Source: Pelomyxa schiedti
Taxonomy: Eukaryota > Protista > Evosea
Direction of reading: 5' to 3'
Length of the DNA: 64,000 bases
Assembly: GCA_020536535.1 (NCBI GenBank)
Contig: JAHLWZ010000791.1
Location: 249,017-313,016, forward strand
Shown here: positions 26,978-39,680 of the stretch, one piece after another
Layout: each line of letters begins with the position of its first letter
Position numbering within the stretch: the first letter of the stretch is position 1
Position numbers and translations under genes: made by a program
Notes under the pieces: generated by a model
The model's database searches: none
Told to the model about the DNA's origin: nothing
Seen by the model: only the letters and a program-made list of their open reading frames with translations

Positions 26978-27101
26978 TTCATCTTGTAGAAAAAAATGAA
27001 CTAAAACGAGTGCTTCTACACAAAAGGGAGGACAAAAAACCTTTTCTTTAGTAGGGTTTGTTTGTTGAGCTCTAACCAAAATCAGGAAATATGTATTGCC
27101 G

Positions 27102-28852
27102 TCAGGATTGCTGTGAGGCGGTTTTAACGACTTGCAACAAACCGGCAAGTGAGTTTCTCCACATTTTGAGGTCCTTGGAGAGATTGTTCCAGTCTTCTGG
27201 ACCAAATGATCTAGTGATAAGAGTCCTGTGTATGGAAGATAAAGAACATGAGAAAACACTATGAAGAATCAGGAAAGAGAAGACACACTGAAGTGCGACA
27301 GTGTTGTTTGCTTGATTGATTTTGCATGTGATTACATGGGCCCCAACTCCACGCAACAGCCAGTTCTCCACTTCAGAATCTGGAACTGCGATCCCTTGAG
27401 CTACATCCCTAATATAAGTGAGATTTTCCATTTTCCATCCTGTATTTGAACCTGAGAGAGAGAGTAGGGCGTGATGACGCTAGCTGGGCAAGCTGCAACA
27501 ACCTCATTTTTTCTTCACACACTTGTCGTGAGATTCCTTGAAGATTATGTCAAACTTCAAGGCAAAGAATGCTGGAAAGAAACCATGTGTATCGAAGACA
27601 GGTTTGATTCCATCAGCCAATGAAACGAAATCAGAGTAGCTGCCAGATACAAACACCTTTAGTAACCCCAGTAATCCAGATTGGGCAGGATTGGTGCTGG
27701 AAGCGAGATGTTTCACAACGTCCAAGTGCATAATGTCATCCATCTCGAAGACAGATGGTGAAGATATTTTGGATACCTTGTACAACATGGGTATTGCGAA
27801 GAATGGTGGAGAAAGTTTTACCACTAAAGCAGTAGTTTCAGTGGCAGCAAGTTCGAGTTGATCTGGGGGACACCCCTGGAATGTCTGAAGATATTTCATC
27901 ACAAAACTTTCGCATTCTGATCTGAAAAAAGTTAGTTTTGTTACATGCCTTCCCGTGTTAGGAATTAATTAAGTTCGGGGCACTTGCTTGTGTTGGGTTT
28001 TTAGGAGATCAATTGTGACTTGATAGAAACGGCGTTTTTGGGTGAGGTCCCAACCACTGGTAGAAAGAAGGCTATATTTCGTCATAAATAGAAACATTTC
28101 TGGAATGGTATACTTTTCGATTTGTTCCATTTTTGGTGCGATGATATCCACACGATTTGATTTTTTTGCAAGATCACAAATGATTATGACAGTGTGGAAT
28201 CGCTCTATGGATGTATGTGGATAATAGTTGAAGAAGTTGTTAAGCCTGGAAACTATTAATAACATAGGAAGTACGCAAGCTGCATACATTCGTAGTCTTA
28301 GCAGTGCTCGTTCAGTGGACGAGGCTACTTTGTCCCGTAGAGTTGTTGCAAGGGAGGGGTCCAATTTCACACACAGAGTAAAGAGGATGTTAATGCAACC
28401 CTCCACCTCTTTAAGGAGTGAGAACAGCACACGGAAAACGAAACAAACAAACAAACCAACAAACAAACAAACAAAAAACAAATAAAAAAAGTAACACAAC
28501 ACCAACCCCTGTCAACATTCGACTCCAAGAAGATATCAGAGTGCTCCATCAACCTCCCTACTGCGGTTTTAATGTGTTTTGAGCGGGTGTCTGCTGCCTT
28601 TTCAGCCCTCCACGCCGCGGCGTCCCGCTGGCATTCCTCGTACAAAGTTGTTGGAAAACTCGAGTCCTTTTGCTTCTTCTTGCTTACTACATATCTAAAA
28701 TAATAAAAGACAAAAGAAAAATAAGAAAATAGGGAAAAAAAAGCACGCGAACATGAGGCGACAAAGGGCAACAAAAAAGGGTGGTGTTGTACGCACTTTG
28801 CGAGTTCGACGACTTGGACGTCCTCCGTGTGACCCTCTACCACCGCCGCCAT
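27102..28852 (-). CDS. EIF3M: Eukaryotic translation initiation factor 3 subunit M (PCI domain)
   Basis: VFEMDDIMHLDVVKHL, LLKVFVSGSYSDF, ITCKINQ, TRSFGPEDWNNL..LKMWR. This matches the eIF3m/COPS7-like pattern. Confidence 0.8.
28438..28490 (+). repeat. (AAAC)n microsatellite inside an eIF3m intron
   Basis: aaacaaacaaacaaaccaacaaacaaacaaac visible directly. Confidence 0.8.
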
Positions 28853-29338
28853 AGATCTACACCGACACAGGGCAAAGAAAATAATTCAGATATTGATCCC
28901 CTTTCCGCCATTCAAACACGTGCAATTGCAATCAACAAATGTCTCTGAGACTGACAAAGCCCAACGAGCGGCTGGCCAACTCACAGCATTCGCACCCAAC
29001 AACACCCCACTCTGAATACTGGATACCGTTGTAATGCCAGAGTCCAGATCTCCCTCGTTCCCAGAAAGTCGTTTCTGAAAAGCACGAAACCCCGAGGATG
29101 ACGGTTCGTTTTTCATAGCAACGCAACCGCCTTTGTCGTACAGCGACACCCAATCTAACTTCTTTTTCTTTTTATTGGTTCTGGTGCTGTTTGCTCTCTC
29201 GATTATTCACTCACAAAAAACACCCCCCAGTCCCCCGACAGCTTAGACGTCACCACCAACCGCGTGACATCTAGTACCGTCCTTAGGTGCATCACCTGTG
29301 CCCAGGCCCTATGTGCCTTCGAGGCTAACAATTCCACC

Positions 29339-32300
29339 ATGGTGGGGACGCCCCCTGCCCCCCTCCCTCGGCCCGCCTCCGGCGCCCCCTCCTCGAGTCG
29401 CGGGGGAAAGGCCGCGGTGCCCCTGCGGGGCTGTGTGCTGAGCTGCGTGGACCTGACCGCCGAGCGCGACTTCTTGGACAGGTTCGACCCGGCTGGTGCG
29501 TACATCATTGGCGACTGCAGGCTCCCTCAGGGCCTGACCGAGGACCAGCTTGTCGCCAAGGGTGCCATCGTCATCAGGCCGAGGCTGTCCACCGAGGAGG
29601 GATTCGATCCCATAAGGCAGGGGCTGTACACCGTGGAGGAGCTGAAAGCCGTCGACGCCAAGATGTACGCTTTCGTGAGGCGCAGGGATCACACGCAGCT
29701 TGACAGGCTGTGCGAGTACATCCACGACGGCCTGGTCCTCGACGCGCTCAACAAGGAGATAGAGAGACGCTCCATCGTGGGCATTATGGGAGGCCACTCC
29801 ATGACGCGGAATTCCGAGATCTACCGCGAGGTCGCTCGCCTGTGCCACCAACTTGCCAAGTTGGGATTCACAATCATCACCGGCGGGGGTCCCGGAGCCA
29901 TGGAAAGCGGGAATTTGGGCGCGTTCATGGCCGACTGGCCTGAATCTGACCTGGACTCCGCGCTCAAGGCCCTTTCGGACGCCGGAGACGAGAGCACCGA
30001 GGCCGCCGACGCCCTTTTGGCCAAGTACGGGAGGCCCGGCGGCGGCAAGTTGTCACTGGGCGTGCCAACTTGGCTGTACGGCCAGGAGCCCACCAACAGA
30101 TTTGCGTCGCTGCAGGCAAAGTTCGTCAGCAACGCCGTGAGGGAAGATATCCTGGTCACAATTTGCAACTGCGGCATCATCTTCACGGAAGGCAGCGCTG
30201 GCACGAGGACTGAAATCGCTCAGTACGCGGTGCCAAATTGCTACGCTTCTGAGAAGGATGGTGACACGTCGAAGCCGATGATTTTCTTCAAGAATGTATG
30301 GGTTGAAAATTCTGTTTACCAGTCCCTCTGTGCTGTAGCTCAAAGGGAAGATGAAGCAAAATCCAAACTGGATGGATATAGCAAACGCATTTATGTTCTA
30401 TCAGACCCTGCCGAGGTTGTGAAAGTGATCCAACACTTCCAAAAGGTAAGAAGTGCTGTGCCTGAACCATCACCAGCTCCAGTTGTTTCTGATGTTATGA
30501 CCCTGGAACAACAAGAAGAGAGTGCCAAGCAAATAGCTGCATATGCTGCTGTTGACTACTGGGTGACAAAGGATGGCATGACTGTAGGAATCGGTGGCGG
30601 GAGCACTATCAAATATGCTATTGCCAGAATATCAGATATATGTAAGTTAAATAATTGGAGGATAGTTTGTGTGCCTGGGTCTCTACAAACTCGAAAACTT
30701 CTATTGGACCACCATCTATTAGTAAGTGACTTGAAGACAACACCCTACGTCGATGTTGTTATCGATGGTGCGGATAGATGCGACCTCTACTTGAACCTGA
30801 TAAAGGGTAGAGGTGGATGCCTTCTACAAGAGAAAATCCTAGCATTCAGTACCGGTGCCTATGTGGTTATTGGACATTGGGAAAAAGATTGCGAGACCCT
30901 TTCTAGTGGTATAACAGGTCCATTTCCTGTACCTCTTGAAGCATCCCCTCTTGCTGTGGAGCGTATTATTCGCTCACTCCAGGAGCACTATGGTCCAATC
31001 AAAACAGAATTAAGGACAATCCCTCCTAGTGCAGATACCCTTCCAGATCACCGGGTCCCATTTGCTACAGACAATGCCAATTACATAATAGATGTCACCT
31101 TCACTGAGGAGCATTTACATAATCCCAAGAAGCTAGAGGCATCTTTGCATTTGATTCCAGGGGTGCTTGAGGTTGGGCTATTTACAAGTAATGTTACTAT
31201 GGCCTTCTTTGGAAAAAAGAACTATTTACCTGGGGAACGGCCCTTCTACACTCGTCGTAGAACAGAGGTAGGGTTGAATCCAAATGTTTCTCCTAGTCAA
31301 CAACATTCCGCTATTGAGGATGTTCTAAATCAAGTGAAAGCAATTTCTGCAACTAATGGTAAACCAGTTGTAGAGATAGACCTGGACATGTGTGGGCTTA
31401 CACCATATGAGCGCATTATATTTGGATTGAGGAAAGCCGGCGCAGACTGGGAAATTCCAGAATTTAGCACTGACCCAATGCTATATACAGGAGGAATTTT
31501 GCCAGGTCTTAGCCTCGGAGCTTGGAAATCATTCCTTGTTGAGATTTCTTTTGTAAGCGGCTTCTTTCCAGAGAAATTCTTGCTAATACGCTTATAGATC
31601 ACAAAAAATTACCCTGACCTTCCTTGGATTCCTACAAATGAGGAAGCAAGGTGGAAATCCAAACCCGAACCTGGGAGTAGTGTGTGGTCTTCCTTTTATA
31701 GTGCCTTCTGGAAGAATGACTTGATGGGACATGATATCCCCACATCCGGTTTGAGGGAGTTCATAAAAAAGGTTGAATACAATGGGGGAGTGATTGTCTT
31801 TTTGAGTTCTAGATGGAAAGATACACACCTCGCCCCAACACAGGTAGTTTTACATCAAATAGTAATGGGTAAAACTCCAACCTTACTCTTTGGAAATGCG
31901 GACCCTTTCACCACAACGGACTGGAAAAACAAAGTGGAGAAACAACAATTGATCAGAGAAAAAAATGGCACCCCTGTTGCCGTTTTTGATTCCGATGCGG
32001 ATTCCCTTTCACAAATCAATAAAGCTTGTGGAGGAAAATTAATTTGTGTTCAAGTTGCATTACCAGGATACTCTTGTAATAGAAATATCAGTAAAGCAGC
32101 AAGAAAAATTTCTACATTTGACTACAGTGAAGAAGCTCCGCACAGTGTTGGAACAGTCTTAAAGCAACCAATTCCTCAGCTGCCAGCACTTCTCCCCGTT
32201 GAACCATCAAGGCAGCCAGAACATCGCATCCGAATAGCCACATTCAACTGTGAGAACCTTTTCCTCAGATTTAAGTTCAAGACAGCAATGCCACATAACC

Positions 32301-33336
32301 GCAGGGATGGCGGCTGGTCAATGAACGATACCAACCTGAGCATCTTTGATGAAGTGGAGAAACGTCTAACAGCAAATTGCATCCGAGAAATAAACGCTGA
32401 TGTCATAGCACTAGAAGAAGTGGAAGACCTTGTTCTTCTTGATATGTACAACCGCGAGTATCTATCCAAAATGTACCCTCACCGGATTCTCATCCAAGGC
32501 AATGACCAGCGCTTCATCAATGTTGGAGTATTAAGCAAATATCCTTTCCAGAATGTAAGGACCCACAGAGCCGAGACGAATTCAGCGGGCTCTCCCCTGT
32601 TCTCTCGTGACTGCCTGGAAGTAGACGTAAGTGTGGAAGATAAGGTGCTCCACCTGCTTGTCAACCACTTCAAGTCCATGCTGGGTGGGCGAGCTGAGAC
32701 CCGCAACACCAGGCGCGACCAGGTCAACAGAGTCGTGCAGATAATAGAATCCGCTTATGGGAGCAATGTGGAGGGCAATGTTGTGGTTGTAGGCGACTTC
32801 AACGATTACTGTGCCGGCCCAACAGATAATGAGAGTGGTGTGACACCCCTTGTTCACCATCCCAGGTTGGAGAATGTGCTGGCCAGGGTGCCTCCAACCG
32901 AGGCCTGGACACACTACTTCAAGAAAGGGAGGGAATATCATCAGCTTGATTATCTACTGCCCTCAAGGTCTGCTTAGTTTTTCTGTTTTTTTTTTTTTCT
33001 TGTGGTTTTTCCTGTTTTTGCTTTTGTGGCTCGTGCTTTATTTTTGGATTTGGAAACCTGGCTCTCCTTCGAGATATAACACTGGCGATCTCTAATATTA
33101 TTAAACAGGGCACTGTCACAATCACCAGCGAACCGGGGCACGTTGCCGGTTGCATTCCGAAAGGGCGTCACAATATACGCATCAAGATACGACGGTCCTC
33201 GCTACTCCACACAGCCGTATGTGTTTTCTTTCATTGTTGTCCCGCCCGCAGACGTATCTCAACGACTTCACCAAAACACAGGAGGCAAGAGGCAAGTGAC
33301 CATTGTCCGTTATATATGGATCTTGTCCTCCTATAG
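29339..33336 (+). CDS. Four-domain fusion: LOG/PpnN-like nucleotide hydrolase, ribose-5-phosphate isomerase A, HAD-like domain, EEP nuclease/phosphatase (about 1,250 aa, about 3 introns)
   Basis: LOG: VGIMGGH...ITGGGPGAMESGNLGA...GSAGTRTE. RpiA: VGIGGGST, DVVIDGAD, NLIKGRGG, FATDNANYIID, IPGVLEVGLF. HAD: VEIDLDMC, FLSSR, VFDSD. EEP: IATFNCENLF, DVIALEEVE, NHFKS, VGDFND, LDYLL, ASDHCP. The single in-frame TAG at 31595 lies in a GT..AG intron (31553-31597, 45 nt). Confidence 0.85.
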
Positions 33337-33493
33337 AACCTTGTTGATGGAAGTCACCAGATTCGCAGGTAGAAAACAGTTACCGAATCGGCCCACGGCT
33401 TGTGACACCAATGCCCTGCTGAAAATTAAAAACGAAGATTTTTATTCTTCTTTTTTGTTTTTTATCATTTTTTTCCGTAACTTAGGGGCGACG

Positions 33494-36400
33494 ATGCAGG
33501 GTGCGCCGGTGGGAGATGGTGGCGGTGTTCCGGGTGGTGTCGCAGTTACGTCGTTGAGGAAGAGGAAGGAACCAGCGCCACCTGACGACCAGCTAGAAAT
33601 AATGCCACTCGGTGCTGGTGTGGCTGTTGAACTGTGAATCTCAAGCTATTTGACCGGTTTTGTTTTTTTTTTTTGGCTAGGCAATGAGGTTGGCAGGTCA
33701 TGTGTGTTGCTGAAATACAAAGGCAAATCTGTGCTGGTACGGAATAGCCACTCGCGACTGAATATGCTGCTTTAATCACCATCTATACAGTTCGACTGTG
33801 GTGTCCACCCTGCTTTCAGTGGGGAAAGTTCACTACCATTTTTTGATGCCATTGACCCTGGAACTGTGGACCTTGTACTCATTAGCCAGTCTGCCCTCCC
33901 TTTTCTTCCTGCTATGGAGTCTTGTGTAACCTTAATGACAGTTTCCACTTGGATCACTGTGCTGCACTGCCTTATTTTCTTGAAAAAACCACATTTAGAG
34001 GGCGTGCATATATGACATATCCAACTAATTCCATATACAAACTCCTCCTGTCAGATTTTGTAAGAAAAAGGTACAACAGTGATTCCTATCCCTTCAATCT
34101 AATTTTCAAAAGTAATTCCCCAGCTGATGAAATGTTATATACAGAACAAGATCTTCTTCATAGCATGGAGAGGATAGAGAGGATAGACTACCATGAAGTA
34201 CGATTAATTTGTTTTTAAAATATATAGCATCCCTCCTGCTCTTATCCTCCTGCAGGAATTGGAGCACAATGGAATAAAATTCAAATGCTTAAATGCTGGG
34301 CATGTTCTTGGAGCAGCCATGTTCCTTGTAGAAATTGCGGGAGTGAGGGTATGCATTCAAACACTGGGACTCACCTCAAGAAAAAACCTAATAAATATTC
34401 ACAAAAAATATAATCAATCTTTACAACACAAAACAAACACAACACAACACAGCATTACATGAACCTCTGAACGAATTTGGGCAAAAGGTTCTATATACTG
34501 GTGACTTTTCCAGACAAGAGGATAGGCATCTCATGGGTGCTGAAGCACCTTCTGGTAATTTCGTGAATGAAGTTTTTCTTAATAACCTTTTCCACAGTTT
34601 CTGTTGATGTGCTCATTGTTGAGTCCACATACGGTGTTCAAACACATCAACCCAGAGAAGAAAGAGAAAAACTTTTCACAGGTTTGCATTGCTTTCTTAC
34701 TTGAGTTAATGCCAGGAAAGGCTACGTACATGAGATTGTCACAAGAGGAGGAAGATGCTTAATTCCTGTTTTTGCCTTGGGAAGAGCACAAGAACTCCTT
34801 CTTATTTTAGGTAAGAAAATGCATTAATTCTCCTCCGAATACTTTCTGATGAAATCCTAGATGAGTTCTGGGATGAACACCCTGAGCTTCATTCCATCCC
34901 AGTGTATTTTGCTTCTACTTTGGCAAAGAAATGCATGACTTTCTATCAAGCCTTTGTAAATATGATGAACGAGGTTCAAAACTTGCACTCTGTGATTGCC
35001 TTTTTGTTAAAAAAAAAAAAAAGCACATCAGAAATAAGTTTGCTATCTCAAATCCCTTCCGGTTCAAATATGTCGCAGAGCTTGACAATGAAGTTTTTGA
35101 TGATAATAACCCTTGTGTAGTGATGGCCAGGTTGCACAAATCCTTCTTATTTCTCGTACTAACTTTTTTTCAGCCCTGGCATGTTACAGGCAATCAATAT
35201 TTCTTTTCTTTTTCATCCGTTGACATTTTTCAAGAATGGACTTTCCAGAACTTTGTTTGAGAAATGGTGTTCAGATAAAAAGTCTGGGGTGATTCTGCCG
35301 GGGTACTGCGTGGAGGGTACGCTCGCTAAGGTGTGCTTCTTTCTAAGTAGGTCAAATGTAACCTTATGGCAGAAACTCTTGACAGGCGAACCCAAGACAA
35401 TCCCAAGGTACATTTACTTGTAATTTCATTTACTGGTTTATTTAATTTCTGTGGCACAGTGGCACTCATCCAGGAGTGGAGTTGGCCCGAAATTGCTCTA
35501 TAAAATATATTTCATTTTCAGCACACTCTGATTTCAAACAAACGTCGGAATTCATTGATATTCTCTTCCCATCTTATGTGGTTAGTTGAGAAACTCATTG
35601 TGACGTAAATAACAACACTAGGTACTTGTGCACGGAGATGGCAATGAAATGGGTCGCCTTAAGCAAGCCTTAACTCAAATTTACGAGAAAAAGAGCATGG
35701 AAGTCTTAATGCCCGGAAATACACAAGTGGTTTCCTTGCAATTCCATGGAGATAAAATTGCCAAAGTATTTTACCTATTTCTATCTCTTTCTCTAAACTC
35801 TTTTACAGGCAATTGGCAAGTTGGCCTCAGAACCTCCCTCACAGCGAAGACGATTGTCTGGAGTAATTGTTCGTAAGGACTTTATGCATAGACTACTGTA
35901 TGGTCAGAGTTGTGATAATGCCTTCTAAGATTCTACAAGGGACCCATCAGAACTGCACACTTATACACAACTACGAACCAATCAAGTTATGCAGCATATG
36001 ACTATTCCTTTTCACAGTGACTTGGGCCCACTTGTTCAGTGCTTACAGCAAGTATTCAGTGATACCACAGGATACGATGCCTCAAATTCCGCTTGTGTTG
36101 TGCGGGTAGGGATTCTCCTTACTATTACATCTTTAAACTAAAATAGGTACATGGTGGTGCTGTAGAATTGAGCATGCAATCTCCTGGTGTCTTGCTACTA
36201 GACTGGAACTCAACACCACTTTCCGATATGATATCAGACGCCATTATCTCAATTGTAATGAATATAGAAATGAATCCTGTTGCAGCATCCGCACTTCTTC
36301 CAGGTTCCTACACAATTTTCCGTCAAATCACTAACAAAATCAAACAGCAGTGAAACCGGAGGCCAGTGCACCACCTGCCAAACCCAAAGTGGATGCCTCT

Positions 36401-36646
36401 TGCGTCGTTGGTATTCTCACCAAGCACTTTGGCGGTGCAGAAGTGGATCCAACCAAAGAAGGCTATGTGAATGTCAACTGTGATGGCGAAGCAGCAACCA
36501 TTTGTCTTGCCGACATGGTATCTTGTTGTGCAATATTCCTCCCCTTATTTATTATCCAGACTGTGAGTAGTAGCAGTGAGGTACTGCAATCTAGAGTGGA
36601 AGGGGTACTTGTCTGGCTCAGGGAGACCTTACTTCCAATTGACTAA
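33494..36646 (+). CDS. CPSF3: Cleavage and polyadenylation specificity factor 73 kDa (CPSF3/Ysh1) endonuclease
   Basis: [60 protein letters not shown]. Canonical introns. Confidence 0.95.
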
Positions 36647-36810
36647 ATAAAGAAGAGCTGAAAATTTTTCCAAAAAATGTTTCTTTTTTCTTGTGTATTG
36701 ACAAGTGAAATGATGAATGGTGTACTCGCTGTGCCCTTTTCTCTTACTAGCATCTTTCTGACAAACTCTCCTCTCAGACACACTCGTCCCCTCTCTCTAC
36801 CATAATTATT

Positions 36811-38105
36811 TTATGGGATGTATTCTGTTTTGGTTGTTGTAACGTGAACGAGGACAACACCAGAGAGCACATCACACAGAAGGATCCTCTGTGGTTCACC
36901 AGTTTTCGCGTCACTGTCTGGAAAGGAAGGCATGACCCCTGCATAGTTGCCGGGGAACCCGGGGCCTGTACGAAACTGGCACACAAACTCACGTATGGGA
37001 TGGGAAAGGTCTGAGGAGTGGTACACGTCCATCACAAAGGCATTTTCTTCCGACGGGAGGGCTTCCACCACACCAAAATGGCCACGTCTTCCAATAGAAC
37101 TCCCGTGACCACAACGTGACAGAAGAGTCATGCCTGTGGCTGTGTCATAGAGTGTGAAACCGCCAAAGTTGTTCTGTAGGATGCAAAGTGAGCCATTGGG
37201 CTGCAATATCACGTTGTTGTGCCCCATGGGCGACAATATGTCGCAGGGGAACTCCAACTTTCTCAGTGTCACAAGTGACTGGGTTTCGAAGGTTCTCTGC
37301 AGGTCAACAATATCAGCTACTCCATGTGTTGAAGACAACTTGTATTCCAAATAGAACAGAACAGCAATTCCACCAGCAGCAGCGGAATCGCCGCAGAAAC
37401 TCCCCACAGAATAATCATCAAAGAACTTTCCGGCAGAAACTTCGGTCTCAGTTCTGATTGTCACACAAGGCTCCCTTGGCTTTCCTCCAGTCACCTTCCT
37501 AAGCTCAAGGATGCGGAATAGAACCACAATCAGCCACTGGGAATTCGCCATCACAAAATGAAAGTCACCCGCGTCGTATGAGCTGATCCTCTGCCTGCAC
37601 CTCCCACTTGAATCCCACCTGCCAACACCAGCCCTGACCTTCGAGAATCCAGACACACTGGTCGCAATGAATGAAGCCAGGCTGTCACCAATCCACGCCG
37701 TCACACTGTCATCAAGCCCTGTTGTCAGGCACCCACACTTCACAACCCCAAGTGTGAATGACACAGCCACGTAAATACAGGATGCTGATGTTTTTGGTCT
37801 TTGAGCTTCTTTTCGATAAGGCAGGGGATACACTATCCTCCTCTCAATTGACATGACCCACGATTTACCTATCTCATTCACCAACACACTGAGTGGCACC
37901 ATACTCACTGCTGGTTGTAGTAGGACATCACTTCTTCTCTCCCTGTTATGATGAATTTGTGACAATAGTCACATTACGACCCACTCTTGGAATACCTGAA
38001 GGAAGTTGTGCCTGCGTCATCATTGTGGGATGCCGTCAGCACCGAACCACAAGCCAAAGCAACAAACTGGTCCCGCGATGAAATGTCAGTCCGCACCGTC
38101 GTCGT
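36811..38105 (-). CDS. Lineage-specific paralog A of a tandem pair; the start codon position reads ACG (possible pseudogene)
   Basis: High similarity to 38254-39562 throughout (SRDQFVALACGS, EIGKSWVMSIERRIVYP, GKFFDDYSVGSF). ACG at 38103-38105 aligns with the ATG of paralog B. Confidence 0.65.
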
Positions 38106-38253
38106 TTTTGTTGTTTTCTTTAATTGAAAACAAACGTTAAAATGGCTGAATAAAAAAAACACCAGACCGATCCTGAGCGACGATAACGAAAATTACAGCG
38201 TTGAATATTTGATTCGAATAAAATATTCCAAGTTCAATTTGTTGATTGGGATT

Positions 38254-39562
38254 TTATTCAACGCTGGTTGTTGTTGTAATGTCAACAAAGACCACCCCAG
38301 AGAGCACATCATACAGAAGGATTCTATTTGAGTCACCAGTTTCCGGGTCAATGTCCTTAAAGGAAGGCATGACCCCAGTTTCGTTGGGCAGGTATCTATT
38401 GCCCGTAGGCCACAGGCACCCAAACTCACCTACGGGATTGAGACAGTCTGAGGAGTGGTACACGTCCATCACGAAGGTATTGCCTTCACACGGCTGCAGT
38501 TCCACCACACCAAAGTAGCCACGGCGTCCAATGGAACTCCCATAACCATCACTTGACAGAATATATGTCTCGCATGTCACTGTGTCATAGAGTGTGCAGT
38601 TGGTGTTGAGATTGTTGTCGAGAATGCACAGTGAACCATCAGGCCGCAAAATAACAGAAATGCGGTCAAGGCCCGACATGGCCGGGCTTGGGAACTCAAC
38701 TTTTCTCAGTGTCACAAGTGACTGGGTTTCGAAGCTTCTCTGCAGGTCAACGAAAGCGGCGAAATCCTGTGTTTTAAGAACCTTGTATTCCGAATAGAAC
38801 AGAACTGCAATTCCACCCGCAGCGGCAGAATCACCGAAGAAACTCCCCACAGAATAATCATCAAAGAACTTTCCGGCAGAAACTCCGGCCTCAGTTCTGA
38901 TTGTCACACAAGGCTCCCTTGGCTTTCCTCCAGTCACCTTCCTCATCTCAAGGATGTGGAACGGAACCACAATCAGCCACTGAGAATTCGCCATCACAAA
39001 CCCAGATTGAGTTAGAGGGCACGAGCTTATCCTCTGCTTGCACCTCCCTGTTGAATCCCACCTCGCCACACAAGCCGTAGCCTCTGGGGCGCTGGACACA
39101 CTGGTCGCAATGAATGAAGCCAGGCTGTCACCAATCCACGCCTCCACAGTATCATCAAATCCCGTTGTCAGGCACCCGCACTTCACAACCCCGAGTGTGA
39201 ATGACACAGCCACGTAAATATTGGAAGTGGTTAGTGGCGGTGGCTCTGAACGATCCTCGTAATGTCTCGTAGGGGGTTTGTGCCGAAAGGGATACACTAT
39301 TCTCCTCTCAATTGACATGACCCACGATTTACCTATCTCGTTCACCAACAGACTGAGTGGAATCATGCTCACTGCTGATTGTAGTAGAATATCACTTCTT
39401 CTCTGCCTGTATGATGTGATCAGTGTCACAACGCATAAAAGTCAAGAAAAAATGCCTGACGGATGCAGTACTGGCATCATTATGGGAGGATGGCAGCGCC
39501 GAACCACACGCCAACGCAAGAAACTGGTCTCTCGATGAAATGTCAGTCCGAACCGTTGTCAT
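38254..39562 (-). CDS. Lineage-specific paralog B of the tandem pair, unknown function
   Basis: ATG at 39562 (MTTVRTDISSRDQFLALACGS), a probable short intron, then an open frame to 38254. Confidence 0.7.
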
Positions 39563-39680
39563 TTTTATTCTTTTGTTTGTTTTTTGTGTTTTTGGGTGTA
39601 CGTTCTTTTCCAAAAAAACAAAGGTTTAGCATAAATAGGGTGAAAGGTTTTTCTTGGGTTGCCGAAAATTTTGTGTGCAC

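Noticed and set aside
28886-29149. 87-aa minus-strand ORF between eIF3m and the LOG fusion
   Set aside because: GTG start, no recognisable motif, and it lies in a divergent promoter region.
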